NCBI RefSeq assembly: GCF_006345805.1
Contig: NC_043012.1
Coordinates: forward strand, 47,554,001-47,618,000
Source: Octopus sinensis
Lineage: Eukaryota
Direction of reading: 5' to 3'
Length of the DNA stretch: 64,000 nt
Shown one piece after another: positions 26,380 to 40,805 of the stretch (within the stretch, counting starts at the first letter, position 1; each line of letters starts with the position of its first letter). Made by a program: the position numbers and the translations under genes. Below the pieces are notes generated by a model. The model did not search any database. It worked only from the letters and a program-made list of their open reading frames with translations, and was not told the DNA's origin.

Positions 26380-26469
26380 GTGCTGCATATGCTTTATATT
26401 ATATTAATATGTATATATGTGTGTGCATATCTATATCTATCTATATATATATATATGTATCTATCTCTG

Positions 26470-26508
<39 letters not shown>

Positions 26509-26602
26509 CTGTATATATCTGTTAATTTATCTATCTACCTCTATCTATCTATGTATATATATATATATATATACACATATACATACACACACACGCGCAT
26601 AT

Positions 26603-26662
<60 letters not shown>

Positions 26663-26800
26663 TACTTATGTATACGTGCGTGTGGGCATATATATGCATA
26701 AATATATCTGATTGTATGCGTATATATATATATATATATGGTTATATGGTAAGCTGAATAGATATATAAACACAGAGATGCATATATATATAACCATACA
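26380..26800. repeat. TA-rich low-complexity tract
   Basis: Direct inspection. Confidence 0.9.
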
Positions 26801-28489
26801 CATAGATATAATAATACATGACATATATATCCATAAGTATGTACGCATGTACATTTACACGACATATTTTTATGTGTGCATTGATATTAATATAAGCTTT
26901 CATACCTCTCTAACGCGTATTAGATATATAATTATAAATATATGCATATACTTGCAGTGCGTAATGTACAGTCGCTATTTATGTAAATTTCAACGACTAG
27001 GTTAATGACGGGGATAATCATAAGAGAAAATAACTCATGATGTATAAGCTCAAGTAGGATGGAAATTTGAAATATAGATGTCTCTGGCGTAGAAGATGTG
27101 TTATTATTGCGAATACATTCAAAATAATTACGGAACGTAAAACATTACAGCGATAAATATTTTGCTTATGTTGAATTTCATTCATTCAATAAAGATGATA
27201 ATCCATTTTCTTTTCTAAGCATTCCATTCGACGGAGGTGTTGCTGTCTATAATGTCATATAGAAGCGTAGATATAATTAGGTTCTATGTTTAGTAATGTT
27301 ACATAACGATGAGTTTATGGCAAGGAAATTGTGTCATTTGTTTCTGAATTTCTACTGTGCATTACTAAAACACACTGCAACCGTTGTTTTCACTGGAGCT
27401 AAAATTGTATGTATTAGATCACATTGCTTTATCACGATAAATTGCTATTCTTGTATACTTGCAAATCAGAGAGTTATTTATATGATCGTGATATTTGTGG
27501 AGGTATTCAAGGATCTACAGTGAAGAAATATGTTTCGTGTCTTTTCTTTTATAATTTAGTCAAAACCTTGGAATTACGCGGATAATTATAATATCGTTTC
27601 TGTGGAAGCTCAAATTCAACATATTCTAATACGTAAATATAAATGATAATAATACTGTATATACAGCATTATAGAGTGTTTTCAATATGATAAGCTTATT
27701 TGATTTGTTTAAGAACAAAATTGCGCCATCTCACTTCGTGAATAGCAAACTCTCAGGCAAATGCACTTTCTCTAAGATATCCCGTCTAAGTAGCATTGGT
27801 TAAATGTGATTGCGAATGACTGAGATGATATAGGTAGTATATACAGCAAATGTTTCTATGTTGGTATATTGAAACACCACTGTCATGTACAAATCATTTC
27901 CTATAACGTTCCTATTATGAGCATAAAACAAAGACCTGGCATTCTATTAGTAGGGAACAATTGCGACTATTTACGTTTCGAATTTAGGTTTAATAAGAAC
28001 ATTGCTTTTATTTATATATCAAGATTTAAGTAGTTAAACAATACTGACTTAGATAAAACTATTGTTTCTCGGGTTAGCATCATACCGTTAGTGCTGTGGT
28101 ATCAAAAGACTTCGCTACAGTATAAGAGGAATAGGTTGGTAAATGTCTTATTAAGCACCCCGATTGAATAAATATGAAGAGGAAAAAACATGCCCTTGTT
28201 ATGAATGTATTGGTTGCTTAGGGATGAAAAATACGTTCATTAAAATGATTTTTACAGAAACGTCAGACAAAACAGTTATATGAAATGAAGTCATTTAAAT
28301 TGACTACCAAACTTTTGCAAATGTAATCGATACTGGCAGAATTAAAATGAAGCCGCATTCGGCGAGGATTGGACTTAAAATCTATCCTAGCTAAATAATT
28401 TGAGCAGTAAAAGAAACTTCAACATGTAGCGTGCAATTGAGTGTATCTAATAATTTATAAGAAATGTTAGTTTTACCACATACATACAT

Positions 28490-28699
28490 ACTCTTTTACC
28501 ATTTTACTATTTTACTTCTTTCAGACTTTTGACTGTGGCCATGCCTGAGCATCGCCTTTAGTCGAGCAAATTGACCCCAGGACTTATTCTTTGTAAGCCT
28601 AGTACTTATTCTATCAGTCTCTTTCGCCGAACCGCTAAGGTACGGGGACGTAAACATATCAGCATCGGTTGCCAACCGATGTTTGGGAGACAAACACAG

Positions 28700-28757
<58 letters not shown>

Positions 28758-28920
28758 GACGGGCTTCTTTCAGTTTCCGTCTATAAATCCACTCACAAGG
28801 TTTTAGTCGAGCCGGGGCTATAATAGAAGACACTTGCCCAAGGTGCCACGCAGTAGGACTGAACCCGAAACCATGTGGTTAGTAAGTAAGCTGCTTACCA
28901 CACAGCCACTCCTACGCCTA
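28490..28920 (-). mobile_element. tRNA-derived SINE with internal (CA)/(TA) microsatellite
   Basis: Minus-strand head GTAGGAGTGGCTGTGTGGTAAGCAGC..GGTTCAGTCC; matches 31176 (+), 34230 and 52083. Confidence 0.85.
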
Positions 28921-29429
28921 TACATACAAACATACATACATACATACGTACATACATTCATAGAAACACGCACATATATTTGGCGTTTTAACTAAAAAGA
29001 GTTTGTACAAAATGATCTCATCTGTTGTAAATTACTCAAAAGTCTCGCTCATATTATATGTCTGTCTTACGTATGGGATAAACACATTGGATAGTGAAGC
29101 CATTGTTGCAAAGTTTTAAAATGGATGTGTTGCGTCATCACTCGATTGCTTTAATCAAAGTTTTTCTCGAGTCTGAGGTCTAAGAACAAAGCCTATATCT
29201 CTAGAATAGGACTAGAAAATCAAATCCAGTGTCATCTTTTCCGACAGTGGAACTCACACTGTAATAGAACCAAAATTGGAACTGGACACATATCTACTAC
29301 AGAAATCATCACAAATATCACCAGCCATCAGACGCGGGTCTTGAGAGAAGGGTTCAATTATTTTTCAATCACACGCAAGAAAATTTTAGAAAGCATGTAT
29401 CAGAAAATATATCTAAGTATTTGTCAGAA

Positions 29430-29822
29430 GAATGTTTGTCAGCAGACGTATTAGATGGCTTGGACATGTTAGTCGTATGGAAGATGGCAGAATCCCCAAG
29501 GACATACTCTACGTAGAGCTTGCTGGGGGCACTAGGTCTGGTGGAAGAGCTCTTACGGTACAGGAATGCCTGCGATTTTAATATTAGCAGCTGGGAAGCG
29601 GTTGCCAGCAAGCGTGGAGTTTGGCGGCGCACCATAGAAGTGGGAACACAAAGGTGTGACAGAGGGAGAGAGGAGAAATGGAAAGACAAGTGAAGGCGAC
29701 AACAATAAACTATGACATTACAACCAGCCAGAAAAAGTCTTCGTTTCATCTGCGTCACCTGCCGCAGTGAGTGTTTGTCCAGGATAGGAATACACAGCCA
29801 CAGTAGGTGATGTAAATGACAT
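29430..29822 (+). mobile_element. RTE-clade (BovB-like) LINE 3' fragment
   Basis: RRIRWLGHVSRMEDGRIPKDILYVEL..G.R..GR, WEAVASKRGVWR and C-terminal FICVTCRSECLSRIGIHSH. Confidence 0.85.
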
Positions 29823-30409
29823 GAAATGTAAAAGCCAGACGGGATTATTTTATGAGCAACTCCACTGTATCCCGAGACAAACGGATGTCAGCAACGATAA
29901 CAGCAATATATATATATATACATACTACTATTATGATCCGTCGTTGCCGAGTCAAGTGCATGTGTATATGTGTATATATATGTGTACATATTACATGTAC
30001 ATCTATACATATACATCTACACATAAAATACAAAATACAAAGTTAGTTATATCTTGATATCGCTAGTGATAACAATACTCAAAATATGGAATTGTAGGCC
30101 CGTGTCTTGCAATTTCGATCAATTGTATCTTGTCCTCCCTCTTGTATAGAAGTGTAGCTACAATCCAGTCTACCTCTACTTCTGGGAGGACATTATAAAT
30201 TTTTATCCGGGACGTCCTACGTCCCAGATACAAAGGTAAAAATAAAATACTTCCACTTTGCAAGGTTCGAGTCTAGTACTCCCTTGCACGCTCCGTTGAC
30301 TCGAACCTTGCTTATATTATGTCGAATTTACTGCCACAATATCTGGTTAGATATATTTCATAGTCGCACCAAGACACTTTTCGGTGGTGCTTTCCCTTAG
30401 ATGTTCAAA

Positions 30410-30530
30410 TCTTTTTTTTTTTTTCTCGCACAAATTCCGCAGAAGTAAACTTTGACATTTATCCTTTCGGGGTCAATAAAATAAATAAGAGTTGATTACT
30501 GAAGTCGCTGTAATGGATCTACTCCTTTCC
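30410..30530 (+). mobile_element. SINE fragment (family of 37781)
   Basis: AAATTCCGC..CTTTGACATTTATCCTTTCGGGGTCAATAAA motif. Confidence 0.5.
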
Positions 30531-31175
30531 AATTTTACCATATTTCTACTTCTAAAAGGCAAATTCACAAGAAAATATTTCCTTTATGGTAAAAAGGTGT
30601 CAACACGCGCTCTCTGTTTAGTGTCACCATCTATCAGGATTCACAGACATCTATGTTTCTAGTTTGTTGGCTTTTATGAAAGGGAAGTACCTAAGAGAGA
30701 CAACTCTGAACAGATCACTCTCTTTCTATATATACATGTAAGCGTTGATTATTCGGTATTTCTTAGCACTCGGGGACTAAAACGGACTTTTTCTTGCTGC
30801 AGCTACATACACACACATACACACACACGCACGCACGCACACACACACACACAAGCACACATGCAAGCACGAACACATACGCATATAAACACACACACAT
30901 ACACTGCGCGCGCGCTCGAGCATACACACACATGAACGAATATACTTGTATGAACGCATGTATGTGTTGTATGTATATACCAAAGTGTGTGTGTGTGCCT
31001 GTAAAGTTTAACAAATGTGCCTGTGTACTTGTAAGTTTGTATGCATATATATATATATGTGTGTGTGTCAGTCATTAGACTGAGGCCTTGGAATTTGAAA
31101 TTTGATGACTGTACTTGTACCTTAAAAAACATATAGACTAATCATTCAGATTAATGTAAAATTAATGTAAAATTA

Positions 31176-31328
31176 AGGAGTGGCTGTGTGGTAAATAGCT
31201 TACTTACCAACCACATGGTTCTGGGTTCCGTCCCACTGCATGGCACCTTGTTTTCTACTATAACCTCAGGCCGACCAAAGCCTTGTGAGTGGATTTGGTA
31301 GACGGAAACTGAAAGAAGCACGTCGTAT
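31176..31328 (+). mobile_element. SINE 5' part (family of 28490-28920)
   Basis: AGGAGTGGCTGTGTGGTAAATAGCT..GGTTCCGTCCC..GGAAACTGAAAGAAGC. Confidence 0.85.
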
Positions 31329-31417
31329 ATATGTATATGTTTAACGGCTGTGCATCAGCATGGCCGCAGCTCTGAGCTGAAACTTAAAAAAAAAAGCAAG
31401 CATGAACATCATACATA

Positions 31418-31602
31418 TACGAGTTGGATGCTGAAAAGTATCTGACTTGAAGAGTATCACGAAAGGCCAGGCTGGAAGTTCAAACCTCCGAGTTCTTTTA
31501 CAGTGTTTAGAAAAGCTGACAGACCGCTGCAATAATCGTGTGTATCTGAGAGGGAAATATGTTAAATAAAAACCAACAATTAACTGATTCCCCTCTTGCA
31601 TA
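31418..31602 (+). mobile_element. Mariner-derived MITE-like deletion derivative
   Basis: TA|CGAG..GCTGAAAAGT TIR-like start, and a mariner C-terminal remnant (DRCNNRVYLRGKYVK*, compare GEYVE*) before the degenerate right end. Confidence 0.55.
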
Positions 31603-31633
31603 TATATACACACTTATACACACACACGCATGC

Positions 31634-31670
<37 letters not shown>

Positions 31671-31678
31671 ATATATAA

Positions 31679-32007
31679 GGAAGGAGCACTCCGTCGGTTA
31701 CCACGACGTGGGTCCCAGCTTATACGATCAACGGAACAGCTTACTCGTGAAATTAACGTGCAAGTGACTGAGCAATCCACAGACACGCGTACTCCTGACG
31801 TAGGTCTCAGGGAGATTTAGCGTGACAAAGATTGTGACTAGGCCGGCCCTCTGAAATACAGGTACAACTCATTTTTGCCAGCTGAGTGGACTCGAGCAAC
31901 GTGAAATAAAGTGTCTTGCTCAAGGACAAAACGCGTCGCAGGAAATTGAACTCACGAACTTACAATCGTGACCCGAATGCCCTAACCACTAAGCAACGCG
32001 CCTTCAC
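31679..32007 (-). mobile_element. tRNA-derived SINE
   Basis: Tail shared with 12383; the head resembles the 25319 type. Confidence 0.8.
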
Positions 32008-33065
32008 ATATAACCGCGCATACCTGTGTGCTTAGTATGCGTCTGCGACTAACGTCACAAGTATAATAATGCTAGATATAGTCATAGAAACTATATTTAA
32101 CTGAGTAAAACGTGCTCTATACAGCTACTGTGAACGATTGTAATCTTTCGCAAATCTCTTTAGAGAAGAAATTCTCCAGATATACAATAGTTTCATTATA
32201 GTGCCGCTACTACTCGTCCTTTTATATTTTACAGACATCTATATCTTGTCATGTGAATTAAATTATTCCGAACATTTCAAAGCAGAAACTACAATATGTC
32301 TGCCTCGCTGATCCAAATGTCAGTGAAGACTGAAGAAAAAAAATATTGTGGAAGACATTTCTTGCTTAATGGATTTAATAATAATTGTATACGTTTTAAT
32401 CCATTATAAATTTATTATAACTCATTATTAGATAACAAAAGGAATGTCTTTTTATTGAATATTACGTTTTTGTTTCTTTTTCACCTACTTCATCTCAATA
32501 ACATTCTAAGAAATATAAGAACTTGTTATGTATTATGCAAGACAATCAACAGCTAACACCAAAATGTTGCATCGTTAAGCTGCAACTAACTTTTGAGTAT
32601 GCACACACACACATACACACACACACACACACAGAAACACTAACACATACATGTATATATGTATACATATATACATGTGTGTATGTGTATATATATATAT
32701 ATACATACACACATGTATATATGTGTATGAGTAAATATGTGGTAATCACAATTCTACATATACTTAAGTGTGTGTGTTTGTGTGTTTGTGTTTGTATGTA
32801 TGCATGTGTTTGTTTGATTTGCATCTCAGTGTTATTCAAGACTTTTGTATATGAATCATTATAAAATGTAGTTTTCCTTTGGTTTATATTAATTAAAAGG
32901 AATTTCTTCACATTTTCCCTCAACGTCTATTTAATTAATATTTTCGTAATTCTGTTATAGAACTAATACTTTCCAATATTCTTGTATTGAGTGTGAGAGA
33001 GAGAGAGAGTGGTAGTGAAAGGTAGATATATACATACATAGATATAACTACAATTATTTAATAGA

Positions 33066-34170
33066 TACAGGGTGTCTCAAAATTAAGGCAACCAGCTTTT
33101 CAAATTTGCCAAAGCAAGATATTTCGGGCTCGAACGTTGCAATGGTAAAGGAAACACAATTATGACACTACCATAATCACTCGATATGATCACTTCTGTT
33201 TCGAATCACTGCCTTACGTTTAGGTGCGAATGCTTCACTCGCAACACGCATTTGTTCTAGAGGAATCGAAGACCATTCCTGGGGCAGTTTTACCTTAAGT
33301 GCGCTGAAAGAAGCATGAGGAATGCTCGAGATCCTCGTCTCCAAAATGGATCGAACAGAAACATCCAGCGAGTCGACATAGGAGCTTCTTGAAGGTTATA
33401 CATGCTTCCCTATGAACGACAGAATATTTTTCTGAATCCATTGTTGTGTCAGTTTGGAGCTGTGGAATGTGCCGAGTCCTACTGGAGGCTCCAAGGTGCA
33501 CCTTGAAAGTGATCATTCGTTCATGGAGGCAGTTCATCTTCCAGAATGTCGCTAATGTAACGTTGGGTGCTAATTTTAACATCCAGAGGGTACAAAAACG
33601 AGGGGAGACATTCCAGTGGCTGCCACAGCTGCCCAAAACATAACTGTCTGTGGATTTTGATGTCGATTCACGAATCCACTCACGACGGAGCCAGTTACAC
33701 TTCGATGTTGGTCATTCTAGTGGCTTACTGTGTTCGATATCAAATTTGTTTTCACCATATTGGGACGCATGCCCTCAGCAATCTGATGCAGGATAGAATA
33801 AGCATTCATAATATAAACTTCCATGGCTTTTTACATTTGCGTGAACTTATGACGGCAGACCATCTTGTAGGGGGAGTATCCTGAGATCCTCCTTCAGCAC
33901 ACAGTACACCGATGCTCGGATTTTTTTTTGTTTTTTTTTTGTGGCAGCCAGTTTTCTGACGGAATGACGAGGCTCTCGCCGGAGCTGTTGAATGTATAAG
34001 ACAAACCTTTTAATGCATAATAGACAATGAGCATGAAGGAATTCCAACATTTAGAATTTAAATGTTTATCGTTTTTTCGCCTAAAGTCGAAATTTAATAG
34101 GAACAGTAAGTTTGTCTTCTTAATGCGAGCGATTTCGTACAATAAAATTCTCAAGAGGCGTTACACTTAA
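33066..34170 (-). mobile_element. Tc1/mariner superfamily transposase pseudogene, DD37D (maT/mori)-like
   Basis: TA|CAGGGTGTCTCAAAAT TIR at 33066. Minus strand gives PRHSVRKLA, QNPQTVMFWAAV, SPLVFVPSG, LQ*DSAHS, PSRSSYVDSLDVSVRSILE and RSDHIE*. The right TIR is eroded. Confidence 0.8.
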
Positions 34171-34229
34171 AATAAGCTGTTAGTGTAAGTAAAATTTCAA
34201 TTTCGATACCGAAGTAACTTTATCTTTAA

Positions 34230-34497
34230 TCTTTTACTTGTCTCGGTCATCAGACCGCGGTCATGCTGGAGCACCACTTCGATTAATCTTTAGTCAATTG
34301 AATAGATACCAGTGCTTATGTTTTTGCTAACCCTTTTACTTATACTTTCGGAGACTTTTGCTGAACCGTAAGGTTACGGGGACGTACATACTCTAACCCC
34401 TGTTTTCATTTGCTGGTGACATAGACAAACAGACAAATAGGTACACACACACTCGCACACACACACTCACACACTCACACACACACACATACACACA

Positions 34498-34534
<37 letters not shown>

Positions 34535-34685
34535 CACGAAGGGCTTCTTTCAGTTACCACCTACCAGATCCTCTGACAAGGCTTTTGTCAAGTCGAGGTT
34601 ACAGTAGAAGACACTACTTCAAGGTTTCACGCAGTGAGACTGAACCCGGAACCATGTGGTTGGGAAGCAAACATCTTAACACGCA
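34230..34685 (-). mobile_element. SINE (family of 28490-28920)
   Basis: Same modules as the 28.5 kb copy. Confidence 0.75.
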
Positions 34686-35125
34686 AATCCTATTCACAGT
34701 GATCTTTCTGTACTCTGTGTTTTTATGATTTCTTTCATTTATTGCTATAAATTAATTAAGTTCATTGTTACGGAGCAAACGGAAACGAATGTCTCTACAA
34801 TGAATATTTTGTTTATCTTTTTTTCTCGCATAATTTGTTTTAACGATACTTTTTTGAAAGATTTTCCTAATATTACTCCTATAAAAGCATTATAAAAGAG
34901 CAAGAAATCCGCGCATATACAACTTAGGTGGCTAAAGAATTAACTTGTGGGGAATAAACATTAAAAAATATTTTTACTAGTGAAATGTAGAAAACTGTAT
35001 GTATGTAACTTAATGCGAACAGACTTTATTTCTATTTTTAAAATAATTCACTGCTTTAAATTAATCCGATGCCATAAATTATGTTTCCCTCAATAATATA
35101 TCCTTTATTACTTGCAAAAATAAAT

Positions 35126-35320
35126 GCGGCGAGCTGGCACACTAATTACTGGATCAAGGCATTTATCATATACATTCTGAGTTCAAATTCCGCCAAAGTC
35201 ATTTTTGCATTTCATTATATCTACATCGATAAAATAAGAAGTAACCAGCACTGGTGTCCACGAAAACGCTTAGTCCCCTCCGCCAGCGTTTTAGGTCCAG
35301 TGCTTGTAGTAGACACAATA
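35126..35320 (+). mobile_element. Decayed SINE (family of 37781)
   Basis: GCGGCGAGCTGGCA..TTCTGAGTTCAAATTCCGCC. Confidence 0.65.
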
Positions 35321-36311
35321 TCAATATTTTTATAAAAATAATCTCAACATTATTTATCAAAGGTTAACTTTCGTATAATTTCAATTTGTCCTGAGTCAGA
35401 TTCCTGTTCGCTTATAAGAATGCCTGGAGGAATGTGCTGCATATTCTCTCTATCTACGCCGCAAATTTGTAACAATCTCTGAGAAAGCTTCTAAACTTTT
35501 GGTTTCTCTTCTAGTTTGAGTGACCTACTATTTAGTTTCTCCGCTTGTTTACGAGCTCATGCTTTATCACAGACTGAAATTCTTCCTGACAAAATTTCCG
35601 TATTCTTCTGTCATGTTGAGATGATTAATATTGCATAGGATGAAGTGGAAGTGTGATCGAAGACAAAATTTTCAGCCATACAATATTGTTTCGAAATATA
35701 ATTATTTCTGACTAGAGACGGTATGATATTTCGCAAAATTCCTCGTGGTGTCACATGAGGTGTTTGATTTTAAGATGAATCGAGTCTTTGTTATTTCGGA
35801 GGTGTTCATATATATATATATATATATATATATGCAAATATGCACGCACACGCATGTGTGGGTTTGTGTGTATTCCTCACTGCTAAGAGGCGAAAACTTT
35901 GGATAATGATGTTTCTTGGAATGATGCATATGTAGATATTCACTCTGTTGATGCTGGTGGAGATGGTGGCTAAGTTGACTGATAAACAAGTTGAAGAAAA
36001 ATAAAAGATCTATTTGTTCCACACACCAAACATTCATGTGAAGAAACTAGGTGGGACAACGCCTACAATTATAGACCGGATGTTATACAATCCAAATACT
36101 ACGAGCTTTGTATTATGCTACTTTGTCTCTGGCTGTCAACAGTTAACGGCACATAATCTCACGCACTAATACGCAAGAATTCACAGAAATTATCTTAAAG
36201 AAGAATAAAATTAAAAAAAAATGAAATGCCAGTTGTGTAGACAGTCAAAATTATTATCGGACGCAGCAGGATCTCTTCACACGCATGGATACATGCGAAG
36301 AGAATGAGTGA

Positions 36312-36362
<51 letters not shown>

Positions 36363-36368
36363 ATATAT

Positions 36369-36408
<40 letters not shown>

Positions 36409-37780
36409 CTGTGTGTGTGTGAGTTTAAATATATCCATATATAAACGTACACACACACATACATTCATCCATATTATACATATGTAAATGTATTGTACAC
36501 ATACATATATATATATCTGTATATACATATACACGCGCACATACACGCGCTGATACACATACATGCGCACACATATATATATACGTAATTGCGTTACTGT
36601 GTATATGCAAATGCTGAGCAGTGAGTTTGCGCCCGTGCACATATTTATGCATTTATGGATATTAATGTAAATGTAGGTCCTCTTTGCTTACGTGGTTTAT
36701 TCCTTCGTCTTGAGTTTACGTGTGAGAATTCTGAGGAAATATGTTTTTATGGGAAAGCAACTTAGAGAATTTACATTACTCTATTTCCTTTACATTGAAC
36801 GTAGTTGTAAGCGTGTGTCTCTGTGTGTGAGTGTTTATGTGAGTGTGTGTATTTCTGTACTTATATTTCTACACATGTTAACGTGCGTTTGTCTCTGTAC
36901 AATATTTCTGATTGTAATTATACCTCTGAATATTTTTTTTTCTAATTTTTATTGTGAGACATATGCACCTAACTCCTCAATTCTAAGCCCATATGGATAA
37001 TACATTCGAATGCCTTAAAGTACTCGTTGAATTTACCAGCACGTCATTTTTTTTTTTTTTTTTTGTTTTTGGTTTTTCTCAGATGTATGTATCCATTACA
37101 ACTTTTACTACATTCGCAATGCTGTCAAGCACGACTAGAAAAGTATCATACTATAGATGCCATGCTGAAACAGGGAGAAAATAAATGATGTTATGCCTGA
37201 ATGTAGTTATGTAAATTAAGTTACCTCCCTTGTTTAGAATGTTTTCATGTTAATAGTGTGAAATATTGAAAGAGTGCTAGTGTAAAGTGACAATGCAAAC
37301 AAGACTATAATTCAAAAAGGTATGGAAACTATGACACATACTCTCTTATATTACATTGTTTTGTTTCCGTTTAGATATTTGATTTCTCTGTAGCTTTTGT
37401 TACTGTGATAAATGCAGACTTGACATAGCAGAGTACAGAAAATATATAGGACAATCAGTTAATATTCTACAATTTTATAGAGAAAGCTCCTTTTGATGGT
37501 GGTAAGGATATGTAACCCTATTTTAAAATTTCATTCCGAGTACCTAGCACAATAGATATTTTAGTATTTATTAGTTACGCATGTACGCAACAGCAAAATT
37601 GTTACTGATGATTTAGTGTAGAAAAATGGAATTTGCAAACGTTTCCTGTAAATTAACGATTCTTACAAAGCCGTCTTGCGTGTCAAATTTTAAAAAATTA
37701 AAACGTGAATCTTGTTCCCCATAATATCAGCGGGGCTAGGTCTTCGGTCACACATTGTTTTTAAAATATTCATTAATACA

Positions 37781-38165
37781 AAGCGGCGAGCTGGCTGAAT
37801 CGGTAGCACGCCGGGCGAAATACATAGTGGTAATTCGTCTGCCGTTACCTTCTGAGTTCAAATTCCGCCGAGGTCGACTTTGCTTTTCATCCTTTCGGGG
37901 TCGATTAAATAAGTACCAGTTACGCACTGGGGTTCGATATAATCGACTTAATCTGTTTGTCTGTCTTTGTTTGTCCTCTCTGGTGGATAATAAAGAAATA
38001 GGTATTTCGTCTACCGCTACGTTCTGAATTGAAATTCCGCCGAGGTGGACTTTGCCTTTCATCCTTTCGGGGTCGATAAATTAAGTACCAGTTACGCACT
38101 GGCGTCGATATAATCGACTGCCCCACCCCCTAAATTCGGGCCTTGTGCCGCGAGTAGAAAAGAAT
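37781..38165 (+). mobile_element. tRNA-derived SINE with tandemly duplicated B-box-containing segment
   Basis: GCGGCGAGCTGGCTGAATCGGTAGCACGCC head. The ~115-bp segment TTCGTCT..AAATTCCGCCGAGGT..GTACCAGTTACGCACTGG occurs at ~37834 and ~38007. Confidence 0.85.
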
Positions 38166-38461
38166 ATTAATTGGTACTACTTTTATTTTGCAAAATCAAT
38201 ACCGAATTAAAGAACTAGATGATAGTGTCATAATTCTTATACCTACACTATAAAATGTAGGTTATTTGCTTCTATGTTACAAATAATTAGGCATATTAAA
38301 ATACTGCCTGTTTTGTTCCTTTCAATAGCTCTAGATAACATTTCTGAGACGAAACTAGTTTCAGGTAATCCAGTTCATTCGTATTTCCGTGTGATAAACC
38401 ACTCCCTACCTTCAAAATAATGATCATATCACTTCGAAACAAAAACAAGAATACATATATG

Positions 38462-38524
<63 letters not shown>

Positions 38525-39344
38525 TTAACAACCGAGAAGCGTATGTCACATAAATTGGCTTCCATTAGAAATAGGGACATAAACCGAAAAATCAAATGAT
38601 AGCAATTCATCTCTTGCTGTGATATTCTTAACATTTTTTTTAAAGAACAATCATGGAAGCAAGGAAATCTTACGACCACACTTGCATAAATAATCTTACT
38701 AATCTTGCACTAAATCCATCCTATCATGCACTGCATTAAAAAGTATATCCATTCAAGCTGATTCTAGATCTATCTTGTCTTATACAGCCGTAAATCTAAC
38801 TCCTCTCACAAAACGAAAAGTAAACCTTACACAAAACCATATGTAAAACTTCTCTTCCCAACACCGTCATACATCAACTTGACTCTTTTCTTTAGTAAGT
38901 ACTATGCAAAGTACGTAAAGCAATAAATATGCCACGTTCAATGGAACTGGAAACAAGCGTTCCTTCCATGCAGAAGTGAAGCCGGGAAATTATGTACGTG
39001 TCTCCTAGCTCGGTATTTTCAGTGTGTTCGTGAAACATTGCTCATGAAATACCGTTGATTTTATGTTTCATGGTTAACTATATATTAAGTCCAAAATCTT
39101 AGTGCCTTGCAAAGCAAGATACAAGCATGCATGCATACATACACACGCACGCGTGCGCACACATTCATACACGCACTCAATCAAGTCTTTTAAGATTTCT
39201 TCTATCGGCAATGATCAGTCCCAGATTCTAAATACTTAATTGGCTCCTTCATATCAGACACATACAAATAAAATAATATATATATAGCGTGTGTTCGAAG
39301 CGAAATGCGTGCGCGTGTAGGCATGTTTGTTTGTACATATATCA

Positions 39345-39667
39345 AGTAAAAACCTTCTTCGGTCACGAATGGCCATGGAATTGAACCTAGAAAGTTATCC
39401 TCTGAGGCACAAGTCCGGGAAATATCATTTATGGAAGACCAGCAGTCACCCATGCATACCAACCTTTCCTCACCGATGTTAACCAGGGGAAAGGCAAAGC
39501 CTTGCACCAGTGACGTGGTAACTGAGTTGTGCAGCTGAGTGAGCTAGAAAAACGTAATATAAAGTGTCTTGCTCAAGAACACAACACACAGCGCTGTCCG
39601 AGAATTAAACTCACTAACTCGTGACTCTGGACCCCACACTCTAACCACTGAGCCATGTGTCTTTACA
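39345..39667 (-). mobile_element. Decayed tRNA-derived SINE
   Basis: Head ..ACATGGCTCAGTGGTTAGAGTG..; AAAGTGTCTTGCTCAAGAACACAAC shared with 31679. Confidence 0.65.
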
Positions 39668-40366
39668 TATGCAAGCATACACATACACAGACACACACAT
39701 ATATATATATTTGTCCCCCACATGAAGACGGAAAGTGTCGCTGAGGTGGTCACAAATGCGTGACGACAGATTTCCGGATAAATGGAAATGAGTTAGAATA
39801 AGAACAGTAATAAATGAGTGAAGAACGAATATATGGCGTGTGTGTTTATTTGGCAAAAATTTTTTTTTTTAAATAGAAAAAAGAAAAAAAATGACCCTCC
39901 TGAAATACAACAATGTCCGGTTCAACACACAGCTTCAAATCAAAAATCTTGCAACACAAATTCATAAACCTATCTTTGCTATAATGCACAAGTATCGTAA
40001 CTTCAAGACGTTGCTTTTTCAGAAAACAAAAAAAGTTTCATCAATCCATTTCTTTTTACATTAGTAACAGTTTCAGCTTATTAACAATGCTTTGCTGGGT
40101 GCATAAAATCGTAACTCCATGCATTTATGATATTTTCAGTCCGAAACATTTTTGCAAAAACTGGCACTTACTAAACTGTTGAAAAATGCTAAACCGTTGT
40201 ACTTTCGTTTGACAATGTTCATATCCAGGCATCTGAAGCAGCTGAAGAAACAATGGTTTGACCAACAGAAACTGCTATTGCAAGCATAATTCGATAATGA
40301 AAACAAAAAAGCATTTGACCAAGTTTGGACATACGACAGCTTAATATAATAGCAACTTAAATCTGA

Positions 40367-40805
40367 GGCAGGATGCTCATGCAGGGGTAACACAACTTGC
40401 CCACTAAAAGGGCAATGCAATACAATCGTCTACGAGGTAGAAGTAAAAGCAACAGGACACAATGAACAACCGAGCGTGCGGAAGTACGTGGGGGCAACAG
40501 AAGGCCCCTTCAGAACCCCCAATAACGACCACAAGTCCTCTTTTAACATCCCAGAGAGACGCAAAGTCACGATCCTAGCCAAGCACGTCTGGGATTTAAA
40601 AGAAAACGCCACAGAATGCAGCATCAAGTGGAAAATCATAGAAAAATGCAAGTCGTACTTCAATAGTAGCAGGAAATGTAAATTATGCCCGGCCGAGAAG
40701 AGGGCGTTCTTAAAAGGCACCCAACGCCAGGTTATTTAACTCAATAGCAGAGGTGAGGTGTTTAAGCTTTGTCCACATGAGAGAAAATACATTCTGTCAT
40801 ACCTG
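40367..40805 (+). mobile_element. Penelope-like GIY-YIG endonuclease pseudogene fragment (Naiad-like); probable 3' UTR continues to ~41520
   Basis: CSCRGNTTCPLKGQC-TIVYEVEV..KYVGATEGPFR..HKSSF..LAKHVWDLK..WKIIEKCKSY..CKLCPAEK..LNSRGEVFKLCPHERKYIL. Confidence 0.85.
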
